A stretch of 63,937 nt of DNA, the filler included, from Octopus bimaculoides (Eukaryota): assembly GCF_001194135.2 (NCBI RefSeq). It is 9 parts of 8 records of this genome, joined end to end, with 100 filler letters (N's around TTAATTAATTAA, not from the genome) between each part and the next. Parts side by side here need not be neighbours in the genome. Positions count along the whole stretch, not along the records: positions 1 to 18,751 come from NC_068989.1; 8 more parts are not named here. The stretch is one strand, 5' to 3'. Below are positions 1 to 13,099 of this stretch, in pieces. Under the pieces are notes generated by a model, which ran no database searches, had not been told where the DNA came from, and saw nothing but the letters and a program-made list of their open reading frames with translations. The position numbers and the translations under genes are program-made. Within the stretch, counting starts at the first letter, position 1. Each line of letters opens with the position of its first letter.

Positions 1-501
1 CATATATATATGCATATATATACATTTATCTGTGTGTGTGTGTGTGTGTGTGTGTGTATGAAAGTGACAAATTTTGTATGGGAGTGGATGAATTCAATTG
101 ACTGATTAAGTCAACCCTCAACATATTACCGATATCTATGAAGGCGCCTATACATTGCCGAGCTACTTTCTGGAAATGGCCGCCAAGCCTCGCTGAAATT
201 AAACACTAATGTTTTAAAGCAGACAACACATTTTTGTTAACACACTATGTTTAAAAAAAAAACAAACGAGATGGTCATACCTAGAATGACTTCAATCATA
301 ATTCTGATCAATCAGAGTTTCCTTGGTTATGAACAACACTAGCGAGTCCATTTTTACTGCCAAAATATCCCCCACATATCACAGAGTAGTCCGAGAAAAA
401 TGGTTCTGCAATTTCTTGCTGATCAAACCTTTTTGAAGTTATTTCACAAATGATTTGTGTATAGTGATCAAATGTTTGTGTTGTACATTTTCTCTCTCCA
501 G

Positions 502-639
502 CCATCGGATCAACGTTGCCTGAACAGGTACACGATGTACAGCACGTCAGATGTCGAAATGATCACAAAGCAACGTAAGACGAAGTGGTTAGCTCAAGAA
601 TGGTTTCAAATTTTGGCTCAATGCCAGCAATGTTTAGAG
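502..639 (+). CDS. Candidate orphan host exon (either 502-639 PSDQRCLNRYTMYSTSDVEMITKQRKTKWLAQEWFQILAQCQQCLE, or 502-574 IGSTLPEQVHDVQHVRCRNDHKA using donor GTAAGA)
   Basis: Acceptor ttttctctctccag at 501; donors AC|GTAAGA (575) or AG|GTAGGG (640); each option has an open frame; no recognisable homology. Confidence 0.25.
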
Positions 640-643
640 GTAG

Positions 644-760
644 GGGTCAGGTGATTTCATCGACCTCCCGGTACTCGACTGGCGTTTTGTTTTATCAACC
701 CCGTTAAGGTGAAAGGCAAAAACAGATGTCGGAGGAATTTGAACTCAAAACGTAAAGAGC
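644..760 (-). mobile_element. tRNA-derived SINE family B, partial
   Basis: Reverse complement of the family core gttctgagttcaaattcc...gcctttcatcc...gtcgat seen in the 1641 copy. Confidence 0.7.
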
Positions 761-1139
761 AGAAGAAAAAATGTAAAAGGAATATGTTCTTTCATAAGAA
801 AGAACATATAATACAATTTAGAACGAATCGTGACGATTTAGCAATCAAGTCAATTTGAAATAAATAAAAGACAAAGAAAAAACTTTTCTTCAGAGACCCA
901 CGTATCTGAACTTCAGTGCCAAGATATGGAGCTAGATTAGCAGACAAGGAAGATAATTTCAAAGATAAACTTTGTGTACATAATTTCTTCTTCAAGAATA
1001 TTGAGACAGAATAATTTGCTCCGGAATTTTCTTTATTGTTGTTACTGTTGTCAAGATAAAACTTATAGATGGATCCTATTCGTCAGTTCAAAATTATTGT
1101 GACTCTTTTGTTGTGCGCTCAAAATAACAAGCTAGCCCG

Positions 1140-1470
1140 TCCACTCAACCAACCAAGTAAACCATGCAACAAAGCAATGAAGCAAGCAAACAACCAGGTA
1201 AGCAAGTAAGCAACTAGTCCGCCAGCAAACCGGCTAGTGAGCCAGCCTACCAGCCAGCCTGCTAGCCGGCTAGCCATCGACCAACCGACCGACCGACCGA
1301 CCGACCGACAGACATACCACCCAAAAAATTACCAACCAAGCAACTAGCCAGCCAAACATCCATCCAACCAACCAACCAACTAGTTAGTTACTTAGCCAAT
1401 CAGCCAACCAACTTTCATGACCGCGCATCTAGTTGAACCACTCGACAATGGAACAGCCGAACCAACTAGA
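1140..1470. repeat. Degenerate tetranucleotide (CCAA/CCGA/GCTA-type) low-complexity tract
   Basis: Runs such as accgaccgaccgacc, caaccaaccaac and gctagccagcc. Confidence 0.8.
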
Positions 1471-1521
1471 AATTAATGAGTAGTTCCAGTACTGAGTTCG
1501 AATCCTCAGAAAGATTTACAA

Positions 1522-1539
1522 ATTATTATTATTATTATC

Positions 1540-1581
<42 letters not shown>

Positions 1582-1592
1582 TATTATCATCA

Positions 1593-1636
<44 letters not shown>
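1522..1636. repeat. (ATT)n microsatellite
   Basis: Directly visible. Confidence 0.97.
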
Positions 1637-1639
<3 letters not shown>

Positions 1640-1640
1640 T

Positions 1641-1852
1641 AAGGCGGCGAGCTGGGAGAATCCTTAGCACACTGGGCAAAATGCTTAGCAGTATTTCGTG
1701 TCTTTACATTCTGAGTTTAAATTCCACCGAGGTCGACTTTGCCTTTCATCCTTTCCAGGGTGATAAACTAAGTACCGATTGCGTACTGGGGTCGATCTAA
1801 TCGACTGGCCTCCTCCCCCAAAATTTCGGGCCTTGTGCCTAGAGTAGAAAAG
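1641..1852 (+). mobile_element. tRNA-derived SINE family B
   Basis: A-box-like ggcgagctgg..agaat, B-box-like gagtttaaattcc, then conserved gtcgactttgcctttcatcctttc..gataaa..agtacc; many copies in the window; central block resembles, from memory, the Meta/MESC SINE domain (unverified). Confidence 0.85.
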
Positions 1853-1906
<54 letters not shown>

Positions 1907-2095
1907 GAGGCGGCGAGCTGGCAGAATCGTTCGCATGTCCGTCTTTACGTTGTGAGTTCATATTCCCCAGAAGTCGACTCTGCCTTTCATCTTATGGGGG
2001 AGGGGTTGCTAAAATAGGTACCAGTTAAGCACTGGCGTCGATGTAATCGACTCATCCCTCCCTAAAATTGCTGGCCTTGTGCCAAAAGTTGAAAT
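1907..2095 (+). mobile_element. tRNA-derived SINE family B (second copy after an (ATT)n tract)
   Basis: Colinear with the 1641-1852 copy. Confidence 0.85.
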
Positions 2096-2579
2096 CATTA
2101 TTATTACTTTTTCATTATTCACTCTCATTCTCCTTACCCAAAAATGTTTCTCTCCCTGTAATATTCCATTTTGTCACGGTGGACTTATGTGTTAGAAGGA
2201 ACAGCAGACACTTAAATATTAATGTTTTAAAATAATACAGCCCTTACACACACATACACTCACACACATTTGTATGTATGTGTTGGCAGCTCCCCTTCTC
2301 TTCTTGAAGAAAAAAAAAATCTACGCTTTACCGATTGTTTTGTTTGTTTTTATTTTAGCTTGGCTATTGAATTAACTAAACGTCTACCCTCTGCAAATTC
2401 CTTTCACCTTATTTACATTTTCTCTTCTGAAGATTTTTTTCATCATCTTTATAAGTTTTGGATATGAGCCAAGTATGTTGGTGAAGGATAGAAATAAGAG
2501 AAAAGTGCGTGCAGGGTTGATCATCAAGATGTGTTACTTACATAGGAGAAGGAAGAGGAGAGAGCGAAAGAGAAGGGTA

Positions 2580-2637
<58 letters not shown>

Positions 2638-3204
2638 AAGGAGTCTTTCCTATTTGCACATCTTTGTAGTGTAATAGAGGAATAATCAAGATGTTAGTTA
2701 TAAGAAGAGAGAGCGAAAGAGGATAAACTGAATGAGTGAAAGAGAGAGAGGAGGGAGAAGAGATAGGGGACAGAAATAGATAGATATATAGATAAATAGA
2801 GCGGTAGATAGATAGATAGAGAGAGAGCGAAAGAGGGAGAGAGAGCAAGAAGTATACAGAGAAGGAGTAGGAAAGGAAGAAAGACAGAAAGGAAGGGGCC
2901 TTTTCTATTTACACATCTCCGTAGAATGGTAAAGGAATTTTCATTACCAACTCCAAATACCATTAAAATACTTCCAGTTATTTTTATGACTTTCGATCAA
3001 CAATGTCAAAGTTACAAGTCATTTATTTATATCACACTAAAGACTCATGTGGCAATCAATCGACACGGTTTCGCTTCTCGTTTAACACAAGTTTTATTTC
3101 CCTTGAGGTTGACATTGTCTTTCATTCCTTTTGGGGTACCAATTGAACACTGCTGGGCTTGAGTCAAAATTTGAAAACGCTATTTGCTTCAGTTCATAAG
3201 ACGG

Positions 3205-3700
3205 TAAAGATGGCAGAATCGTAAGAGCTTAGCGGCATTCCTTCTGGTTCTTTACGTTCAGAGCTCAAATCCCGCCGCAGTCAACTTTGCCTTTCATCCT
3301 TCCTGGGTCGATAAAATAAAGTACCAGTCAAGTACTGGAGTCAATATAATCGGCTTGCTCCTCCCTTCAGAACTGTTAACCTTGTATCAAAATTAGAAAG
3401 AATTATTTATTCTGGTTCTACGTTCCGAATTCAAACCCTAGCGAAGTCGTATCTGACAGTCTTTTATCTTTTCGCCGTCGATAATATAGAGTAAAATAAA
3501 GCACTGAGGTCTTCCTCTAAATTTGTTGCCTCGTGTCTGTGCTGGAAACAATTGTTAAATGCTATCAGGGTAGTGGGATGGCAGAATCGTTAGAATGCAG
3601 GATTGAACGAATATCTTACAGTATTTAATTACGGCATGTTTCATTCTTCGAACTTCAAATCCCATTACACTTGCTTGTTTTTAATCCTGAGGCTGATAAA
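3205..3700 (+). mobile_element. Cluster of three decayed family B SINE copies
   Basis: Repeated ggcagaatcgt / gttc..a.ttcaaat / ctttgcctttcatcc blocks. Confidence 0.7.
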
Positions 3701-5394
3701 AGTAAACAACAGGAAAAGTCAGTCATTTTAATCCTGCATCTACAAAACATATACATATATATAGATGGTTTCAGATTCCATCAAATACTTCCTGTAGCTG
3801 TGAAATTATGTCCCTTGGTTTCACCCAATATGAGAAATTATCAATGGTGGTATTATTTTAGCAACATTGTTCAATACATATGGAATTATTATTAACCATT
3901 ACCAATGAAGATATTTTATTGATGTTGTTCCATACGTATGAAGCCTAATATGTTAAGAAACATATCTAAATGTCACTGGATTACATATTAACCGAGAATT
4001 AGATACGAACTTCAGATCAGTTGCTGTCTTTGCAACTCTGGAGGAACAGGATACGTGCACATGCTAAGTTTGGTGGCAGGCAATGAGTAAATGAACACTA
4101 CACATACGCACACACGGTGAATGAGAAAAATCATAGAAACTGAGGAGGGAGAAAAGAGGGAGTAGATGACAGAGTAGTAATGGGTGAAGTTAAAATTTTG
4201 CAATGATAGGTTCTCGGTGGAGTAGACTGCGATTAGATTGATAAAGTTTTGAAAAATAATGATATATATTTCTTGAAAATAATCAAATGAGAAATTTGTT
4301 TCATTTCATTTTACTTTAAAGTAATAAATATTTTCTTTAGAAAATTACTATTTATGCCATCATTTTGTATTAGTGCCAAGATATTTGGTAAAAGTTAAAT
4401 TATAATTATTGTACATATTCCATATTTTCTTATATTACTCAGTGGCAAACGTATACTTCCAAATTTTTCCCATTATATAACGGGTATAATCTAGTTTGTT
4501 GATATTCATTGAGGTTATATTCATACGACGAGAATAGATCATTAACGACAGCAATTATATACGGGTACTTCAAACATAGGCATCCCATTGGTACACGGCC
4601 ACATATCTGTGGTTTAACCAAGGGTTCTAATTTCACAACGAAACCAAATGTATACGGGATATAATGCTATTTGAAAATTTGAATTATTTGGAGGGTCAAA
4701 CTAACCTTTCATCGTTAAACATTTGGCTTTTGGGGTGCTATTTTCAATTGTTCTGTAATTCTATCCTATGAGATTACTCACGGTAAAATAGCACATGAAA
4801 CAAGAACCCATAAAATGAAAGAACGAAAGCATGAAATATATAAAAGTAAGTACAGAAACAAAGAAAGAAAGGTGGAATGGAGGAGAGAAAGGTGGAATGG
4901 AGGAGAGAAAGAAAGAAGTAGTAAAAGTGGCTTTCAGAGGCTCAACATCTCCTCTTCTCAGCTAGAATGGAAAGTGGGAGTAAAATAGATTAGAAATCTC
5001 GTAAGAATGACTGCTGCTCTCAACTATTTACAGGTGAATGTTATACGATACATGCCAGTCATGTCGGATTCTGCTACTAGTTCTTACTAATGAAACTAAC
5101 AGTATTTTTGTATCTACTACAATACACGTACGCTTGCAGTTATTTTTCTCTGTAAGATATAAAAAATATGTACTTAGAATATGTACTTAGAATATGTACT
5201 TAGAATATAATTTCTTTCCTCTCTCCAGTGAGCCGCTTAGCTTAAGTTTCTCGCTTCTATTTTTTTTTTCTCTAAGAATTTAGTCAACGATGGTTGACTG
5301 TGAAGATCTCTTGGAGTCAAAAACAAGAATTTAAAGTGAAGGAGATTAAAAATAAAGAGCAGGAGACTGTGTGACGTTCATGACATGCTGTTAT

Positions 5395-5790
5395 CAAAGG
5401 TTGTTGTTTGAATAAATATATATAATTACCAGAATAGCGGAGATTTATGATGTTGTTTAAGCTTTTATTATCTCTGATCGAATAGCCCTATGATCTGTAA
5501 TGTTCTAGTTGTGACTACCGCAACTTTATTTCAACATAGCATATCTATGATTAGTATATCTATGATTAGTATATCTATGATTATTTTATTTCAGCACGTC
5601 TATCCTATTATCAAGTATCGTTGTTCTTTGAATAAATACAATATATAATTACCAGAATACGAGGAGATCACTGATGTTGTTTAATTGATTCTAGTCGAAA
5701 ATACTTATGATCAATGATGTTCCAGCCGTGATTACCACACATTTATTTGAACGTACTATGTCTATGAGCGCTTTATTTTTAATGCGCCCC
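5395..5790. repeat. Diverged tandem duplication of a ~220 bp unit containing a 15-mer triplication
   Basis: ttgtt(g/c)tttgaataaata..tataattaccagaata recurs at ~5401 and ~5620 with colinear downstream blocks; (tagtatatctatgat) about x3 at ~5540-5580. Confidence 0.7.
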
Positions 5791-6079
5791 TCCATTTTAA
5801 AAGCATTTTTAATGTGTCATTAGATAGAAATTTAACTGTTACATTCACACGTTACTTGGCATTACCAGGGTTAAAAAATTGGAGCCTCAGAATTGGAACT
5901 GGAATCGCAAGCAGGGTTCAACGAGAACTGAGCAACATAATTAAGTAGATTACTGTATGGGCATAGGGATAGCTCTCTATATAATTTGTATAATTGACAA
6001 TTAATTAAATTTCGATATGAGCATTGGAGATAGTTCGCTGCGTAATTGGCAATTTCACTTATACGCTCATATATATATA

Positions 6080-6289
6080 CAGGGTGTCCACAAAATCTGG
6101 GTACATGGAGTAAATAAAATCATAACATAAACAATTAAATATAAGAAATAATAATTTCTTAAAGTATGTGTTAATCCCCATGTGGGTACATGGAGTAAAT
6201 AAAATCATAAAATAAACAATTAAATATAAGAAATAATAATTTCTTAAAGTATATGTTAATCCCCATGTACCCAGACTTTGTGGACACCC
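6080..6289. mobile_element. Tc1/mariner-type MITE with a duplicated 85-bp core
   Basis: TIRs cagggtgtccacaaaatctgggtacatgg / ccatgtacccagactttgtggacaccc; preceded by TA; last two TIR bases missing on the right. Confidence 0.8.
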
Positions 6290-6439
6290 AGGGGGCCAAC
6301 GATTATAGATGGGAATGATTTATTTATATGAGATGTTACATAAACATCCATATAAAACGCAGAAACTACCTTTACAGCTGTTTCAAAGATGCGGTGATTC
6401 GTTGATTTCAGTGCTGATCTATTCTAAACTAATGTTTTC

Positions 6440-6493
<54 letters not shown>

Positions 6494-6850
6494 ATTTATA
6501 TGATTGNNNNNNNNNNNNNNNNNNNNNNNNNNNNNNNNNNNNNNNNNNNNNNNNNNNNNNNNNNNNNNNNNNNNNNNNNNNNNNNNNNNNNNNNNNNNNN
6601 NNNNNNNNNNNNNNNNNNNNNNNNNNNNNNNNNNNNNNNNNNNNNNNNNNNNNNNNNNNNNNNNNNNNNNNNNNNNNNNNNNNNNNNNNNNNNNNNNNNN
6701 NNNNNNNNNNNNNNNNNNNNNNNNNNNNNNNNNNNNNNNNNNNNNNNNNNNNNNNNNNNNNNNNNNNNNNNNNNNNNNNNNNNNNNNNNNNNNNNNNNNN
6801 NNNNNNNNNNNNNNNNNNNNNNNNNNNNNATACATACATACATACATACA

Positions 6851-6884
<34 letters not shown>

Positions 6885-7006
6885 AATATATTATTGTTTA
6901 TGTCAAATTATACATTGAACCCATTTAACATGAAGCTGAAAGACCACTCACTACTTTTTAGTTAAGTCTTTCACAAGTAAAATTTGACTTCGAAGGTTTC
7001 GCATAC

Positions 7007-7042
7007 CTCTCTGATGACGGCTGGTAAGACGAAACTTCAAAG
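7007..7042 (+). ncRNA. Decayed minimal hammerhead-like motif
   Basis: CUCU-CUGAUGA-C-GGCU(GGUA)AGAC-GAAA-C-UUC-AAAG; core present, one mismatch each in stems I, II and III. Confidence 0.45.
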
Positions 7043-7415
7043 TAACTGTCAATCTTCTCCATGTAAAAATATACATACGTGTGTGTGTATGTGTGTGTGC
7101 ATGTATGTATGTATATAACAGATAGACGAAGAATGAGAGAGGAGGAGAACGAGAAAGTCCTGTAAGGCGCCACTTAACAGATTTTTATGTCTTCAGAGAT
7201 CTAATGGAGATACAGTATGCGCGTATTTTCAGACTGCCTTCCTGTCCATACATATGCTTAAGTAAATGCCGAAATCCATTCACATTAGATAGCTGTGTCT
7301 CGTATCTATGTGATTTCACATATCTAAGCCACTGGAATTATCAAACTGCTTGTTCTTTACTTTCATTTACACAACACTTTAAACATGATACCCATTGTGC
7401 ATATAGTAATTAGTT

Positions 7416-7439
7416 TGTGTGTGCGAGTGTGTGTGTGTG

Positions 7440-7534
<95 letters not shown>
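7416..7534. repeat. (GT)n microsatellite
   Basis: Directly visible; one of dozens of (CA/GT)n, (TA)n, (TACA)n and (GA)n tracts. Confidence 0.97.
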
Positions 7535-7537
<3 letters not shown>

Positions 7538-8215
7538 TAGATGCAGACATCAGTGAATGGCTGGCTAAGAAGTTTGTTTGGAAATACATAAAAATTATAA
7601 AACGAAAACATGTCGTTAGCTAACACCTTACTTGCTAATAGTGATCAGAATATCCTTCTCTAAGTACGAAAATCGAGTATCGTTTGATGAAATGAATTCT
7701 TCATTTTTAGAAATGATTTCTCATTTTTTAATGGTTGGGGAGTGCGCTTTCCCTGTTCAACGACAGAGCAATTTTCAATTCATTAGCATTCTTTTTTTGC
7801 TTACGTCGTTTATACATCAACATCTACCTGACTTATCTAAATTCATTCTAATAGTTCACTAGTTCACTTGAGGTATTTGTCTTATCTCACACGTTATAGT
7901 CATGCAAGTTATACTTGCATAATAGCTCCATAACACTTTTTCTATTTGTAAAATTTTCTGTCCACTGCTCAAAAGAGATTTTAGACAACTGCTACACCGA
8001 TAAAAACTTACAAGACCGAAACAAACTGTATTTTCTGTGAAATTCATTCTGAATTCCTTAAAGTTGTCTCCCCCTTTTTTTTTTTTCGAGAGTCGCTAAC
8101 CATAACCAGTAGGTTTCGCATTTCTTCTACTGTGAAAAGGCAAATTTCTATTATTTATGTATATTTTGGTGGCTTGAAAAACAGGGATTGTGTAGCTGGT
8201 TTCAATTCTACATAG

Positions 8216-8275
8216 AGTTATCAGTAGAAAGCATGCATTCAATCAATCATTCTACAAGGAGAGATAAATCTTACA
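8216..8275 (+). CDS. Candidate 60-nt symmetric exon (phase 1-1; LSVESMHSINHSTRRDKSY)
   Basis: Acceptor tttcaattctacatag, donor CA|GTAAGT, only one frame open; no homology recognised. Confidence 0.25.
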
Positions 8276-8462
8276 GTAAGTTATTGTCATAGTATAATAT
8301 CACTTCATTAAGTGAAATCTGTTAACCTAATTTTCATAATAAAGGTTTCTGACGAACGTTATCAATCAATGAATGAACGTTAATCAACTTATTTTGAATA
8401 ATCTCAGATACAAAATACGAAATTTCTAATGAGATATAATACAAACTTTTATCATCAGATAT

Positions 8463-8670
8463 ATTCTTTCTTTTACTGGTTTCAGTCATTTGACTGCGGG
8501 CATGCCGGTGCAGCACCTTTAGTCGAACGAATCGACCCCAGGGATTATTCTTTGTAAGCCTAGTACTTATTCTATCGCTGTCTTTTGCCGAACCGATAAG
8601 TTACGGGAACGTACACACAACAACATCAGTTGTCAACCGATGTTGGGGGACAAACACAGTACACAAACAC
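8463..8670 (-). mobile_element. tRNA-derived SINE family A, 3' half
   Basis: Reverse complement of the tail ..gatagaataagtactaggcttacaaagaataa..gcagtcaaatgactgaaac..gtaaaaga. Confidence 0.85.
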
Positions 8671-8685
8671 ACACACACACACACA

Positions 8686-8736
<51 letters not shown>

Positions 8737-8771
8737 GTGTGTGTGTGTGTGCGTGTGTATATATATGCCCC

Positions 8772-9040
8772 AATGGCACCCCGTCGGTTACGATAATGAG
8801 CGTTCCAGTTGATCCGATAAACGGAGCAGTTTGGTCGTAAAATTAACGTGCAAGTGGCTGAGCACTCCACAGACATGCGTACCCTTAACGTAGTTGACGT
8901 ACTTCAGCGTGGCACTTTGCCAGCTGAGTGAACTGGAGCAACGTGAAATAAAGTGTTTTGCTCAAGAACACAACGCGCCGCCGGGAATCGAACTCACGAC
9001 CTTATGATAGTTAGCCGATTACCCTAAACACTAAGCCACA
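8772..9040 (-). mobile_element. tRNA-derived SINE (head plus cttgagcaa..cactttatttcacg domain plus family C-type 3' tail)
   Basis: tRNA-like gtttagggt..gagttcgattccc on the minus strand; tail matches 13613-13740. Confidence 0.75.
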
Positions 9041-9105
9041 TGCTTGCATAAATACACACATACACACACACTTGTCTTGAGTTCTACTTATCTTCTCTGT
9101 ATCAC

Positions 9106-9177
<72 letters not shown>

Positions 9178-9573
9178 TACACACATACACACACGCACAT
9201 ATATAGATCTGATATATTCTATTTAATAGTATAAATATTTATGTAGTATATGTTTGTATATAAATATATATATATATATTTCCAGGCATAACCATACAAA
9301 CACATACACACACATACATATAAGTAACTGCTCAGAAACTGCCTGTGTGTACTCTTATATAACACTTATATACATTTGTCTCAACATGCACTCATTCGCA
9401 GGTATAAATCCCAACCCTTATCAACAGAAGCATGTACGCAGTTATACACCAGCAGGTATATAAACATACGCGTATACGCAGCAGGTTTGAACATAAAAAT
9501 ACAGACACGCGCCCACATTAAGCTCAAACGTACAAAGATAATTATCAGTAGGTGTGTATGTGTACATGAATAC

Positions 9574-9608
<35 letters not shown>

Positions 9609-9826
9609 TGTATGTATGTCTGGTTGGATGCATATATGTATGGATGTATACGTGTTTGTATATCTTTCATCCGGGGCACGCACATTTAACTATTTACTGA
9701 TGAAATCCAATAAGACCCTACTGCATTATCTAAGGTTTGCCTACAAGTAGCTATTTAAGGTTTAGAAGGTATCGTCTTTCCATAGCCGTACTTACTTGGT
9801 GCGGAGGTTGTGTAACACACACGCCC

Positions 9827-9863
<37 letters not shown>

Positions 9864-10107
9864 NNNNNNNNNNNNNNNNNNNNNNNNNNNNNNNNNNNNN
9901 NNNNNNNNNNNNNNNNNNNNNNNNNNNNNNNNNNAAAGCACAGCTCCAGCTGTCATATCTTTTTTTCGTACTCATCCTTCATAAAAATGCAATCTGTTTT
10001 GTTTTATCTTATGCCTCCCTGATGCTTCACTGCACGTTAGAACGATTAAGATAATGAAGGGTTAGTAAACAGCTCAACACAACAAAATTAGGGGACTCCA
10101 GCTTATT

Positions 10108-10215
10108 AAGGCGGCGAGTTGGCAAAATCGTTAGAGTGTCTGGAAAAATGCTTTTACAGTATTTGTTCTGGCCCTTTTACGTTCTGAGTTCAAATACCGC
10201 CGAGGTCAACTTTGC

Positions 10216-10225
<10 letters not shown>
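10108..10225 (+). mobile_element. SINE family B, 5' part
   Basis: aaggcggcgagttggcaaaatcgttag..gttctgagttcaaataccgccgaggtcaactttgc. Confidence 0.8.
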
Positions 10226-10248
<23 letters not shown>

Positions 10249-10554
10249 CATTATTATTATTATAAAAACGGTCATTTACGTTTATAGTGAAACTAAAGAT
10301 ATTAGAAAAATAAGGGAGAAATAATCTTAAAATTCATTTTGAGTCGGTATCAAAACATTAAAGTACTCAGTTCGTTTATAGTTATAATTTTAATCTTAAT
10401 TCAGAGAGAATTGCTTTGAGCTGTGTCTCCACCTCCTTCGCGCTCTGACTTCAAATCCCTCCGATATCAGCTTGGTTTTACAATCTACTGGGGGAGGTTA
10501 AGTAAATTTTATCTTAAGTAGCTATGATTTAAAGTGAGTTTCCTTATGTGTATA

Positions 10555-10705
10555 TTGGTTTCAAATTTTCGCACAAGGCCAGGAATTTTGGGGAAAGGGG
10601 TAAATTGATTACATCAACCCTAGTGCTCAACTGGTGCTTATTTTATCGACTCCGAAAGGATGAAAAGCAAAGTCGACCTCGGCAGAATTTGAACTCAGAA
10701 TGCAA
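10555..10705 (-). mobile_element. SINE family B, partial
   Basis: ttttatcgactccgaaaggatgaaaagcaaagtcgacctcggcagaatttgaactcagaa is the reverse complement of the core. Confidence 0.8.
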
Positions 10706-11397
10706 AGGTACATTTAGAAGAAGAGAGGCTGAGGGCGAACGGATGGAGTTGGAAAGAGGTAAAATGGTGTTGATGAGGTTATTTCTTAGGACATTAAAAT
10801 AAATACCGATAATAATTTGATGTGAGAGACCTTTTGCTTGACTCGTGCAAGTATCTACTGCTGCATACGTGAGTGAGTGTGTTTGTCTCTATAGTTTGTT
10901 TCAAGCATTAAGTTATACAATTTCTTATGCAACGTAGCATTGAAAGAAATTTAGAAGTATATAGCCCAGCACTGAAGACAAAATTTTTCCATGTATGCAC
11001 GAGAAGTATTTTTCAGTCGTTACACTGTTTTTTTTATAACATTGTTGATATTAAGAGAATTGTAAACCAAATAAATAGATAAATAAAAGAATTCAAAGCC
11101 AGCAATTTTCACAATTTTTTCCAGAGTAATTAAAATAACAAACAAATAACGTTCGTTACAGACAACAACAATAACAATAGAAACACCAACAGGAATAACA
11201 AATCACAGTGCCTATAACTATAACTACAACAATAGTTCTTAAAAATGGAGGGATTTCGAAAGCGAAAAAAAAAAAAGTTACATAAAAAATGGTTAGTTAT
11301 TGCTTTATAGGTCTTCTCTTGTCTTTTATCCTTCTCCATTACACCATATTGGTCGGATTTCCGTAAATTTAATCGTGGTCCAGAATAATTGCTTACA

Positions 11398-11414
11398 GTG
11401 GCGCCCTCTGGTGA
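11398..11414 (-). promoter_or_regulatory. CTCF-like binding motif
   Basis: Minus strand TCACCAGAGGGCGCCAC closely matches the bilaterian CTCF core, in otherwise AT-rich unique DNA. Confidence 0.45.
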
Positions 11415-12321
11415 CAGCTTTATAAAACGCTAATCTTTAGATAGCATCATTTTTTTGTAGATAGCATCAAAACTGAATAAAAGCTGAAATAAAATATCAT
11501 GGAAATATTTTGCTAAACTGAAAAAGCTACAACAGCATTATTTTCGTACAACACTTTGAAAGAAAACAAACAGCAAGGTCTCATTTCAAAGATTAATATC
11601 TTAAACGAATGTGATAAAAACTTTCCAGTAAGCGGAAATTCGTATATTTAACAAGAATCATGTCTCTTTTCTGCCATTTCCTTTCGTCTTTGTTTTTCTT
11701 TTCCTTTCTTCCTCACTTCNNNNNNNNNNNNNNNNNNNNNNNNNNNNNNNNNNNNNNNNNNNNNNNNNNNNNNNNNNNNNNNNNNNNNNNNNNNNNNNNN
11801 NNNNNNNNNNNNNNNNNNNNNNNNNNNNNNNNNNNNNNNNNNNNNNNNNNNNNNNNNNNNNNNNNNNNNNNNNNNNNNNNNNNNNNNNNNNNNNNNNNNN
11901 NNNNNNNNNNNNNNNNNNNNNNNNNNNNNNNNNNNNNNNNNNNNNNNNNNNNNNNNNNNNNNNNNNNNNNNNNNNNNNNNNNNNNNNNNNNNNNNNNNNN
12001 NNNNNNNNNNNNNNNNNNNNNNNNNNNNNNNNNNNNNNNNNNNNNNNNNNNNNNNNNNNNNNNNNNNNNNNNNNNNNNNNNNNNNNNNNNNNNNNNNNNN
12101 NNNNNNNNNNNNNNNNNNNNNNNNNNNNNNNNNNNNNNNNNNNNNNNNNNNNNNNNNNNNNNNNNNNNNNNNNNNNNNNNNNNNNNNNNNNNNNNNNNNN
12201 NNNNNNNNNNNNNNNNNNNNNNNNNNNNNNNNNNNNNNNNNNNNNNNNNNNNNNNNNNNNNNNNNNNNNNNNNNNNNNNNNNNNNNNNNNNNNNNNNNNN
12301 NNNNNNNNNNNNNNNNNNNNN

Positions 12322-12393
<72 letters not shown>

Positions 12394-13042
12394 GCACATG
12401 TATACACCAAAATAATATACTCATTAATTATCGATGTTACAGTATGTCTAATTTCCGAATTTTTACCGTATGATCTTAAACTAATATTTGCCGCCATTGA
12501 ATTGCGAAATACATTTAGTTCATACATATAACATTCTACTTACATTTTTACGCTCCTTATTCACCAATATGTCATCATAATGTCTTGAAATAAGTCTAAT
12601 GTATGTATATGCATGTACATGTATGTATATATAATAAGTCTAACGTATGTATATGCATGTACATGTATACACACATAATTGTGTATATATACTCATAGAC
12701 ATATACACGCATTTTACATATGGGTCGTGGATATTTATGAATGTATGTTTGTTTAGATACTGTACACCTCTACTCACGCTCTCAAGGCCATTTCTAAAAT
12801 TCTTAAAATAAACTCTCTTGAAAAATTTAATTTAATTCGTTTCTTACTTTTTAATGGAATCAGCTAAGTGTGTTTCTTTTTCCCGTTTTGTCTTACATAA
12901 CTTGCTATGTATGTATGTATGTATGTATGTACGTATGTACGTACGTACGTACGTACGTACGTGTGTGTGTTTGTATGTATGTACCAGTGTATGTATGAAT
13001 GTATGTATAACGCATTTATACACATGTATGTGTATATGTGTG

Positions 13043-13074
<32 letters not shown>

Positions 13075-13099
13075 AGTGCGTGTTGGAGGGGGGGCGCAG

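Noticed and set aside
4921-4970. Minus-strand CUGAGAA-GAGG..CCUC-U-GAAA motif
   Set aside because: Core lacks a nucleotide and stems I and III are marginal; too decayed to call without a family consensus
7632-7715. Minus-strand frame KNEEFISSNDTRFSYLEKDILITIS before a GTAAGG donor
   Set aside because: In-frame stop immediately upstream and no credible acceptor
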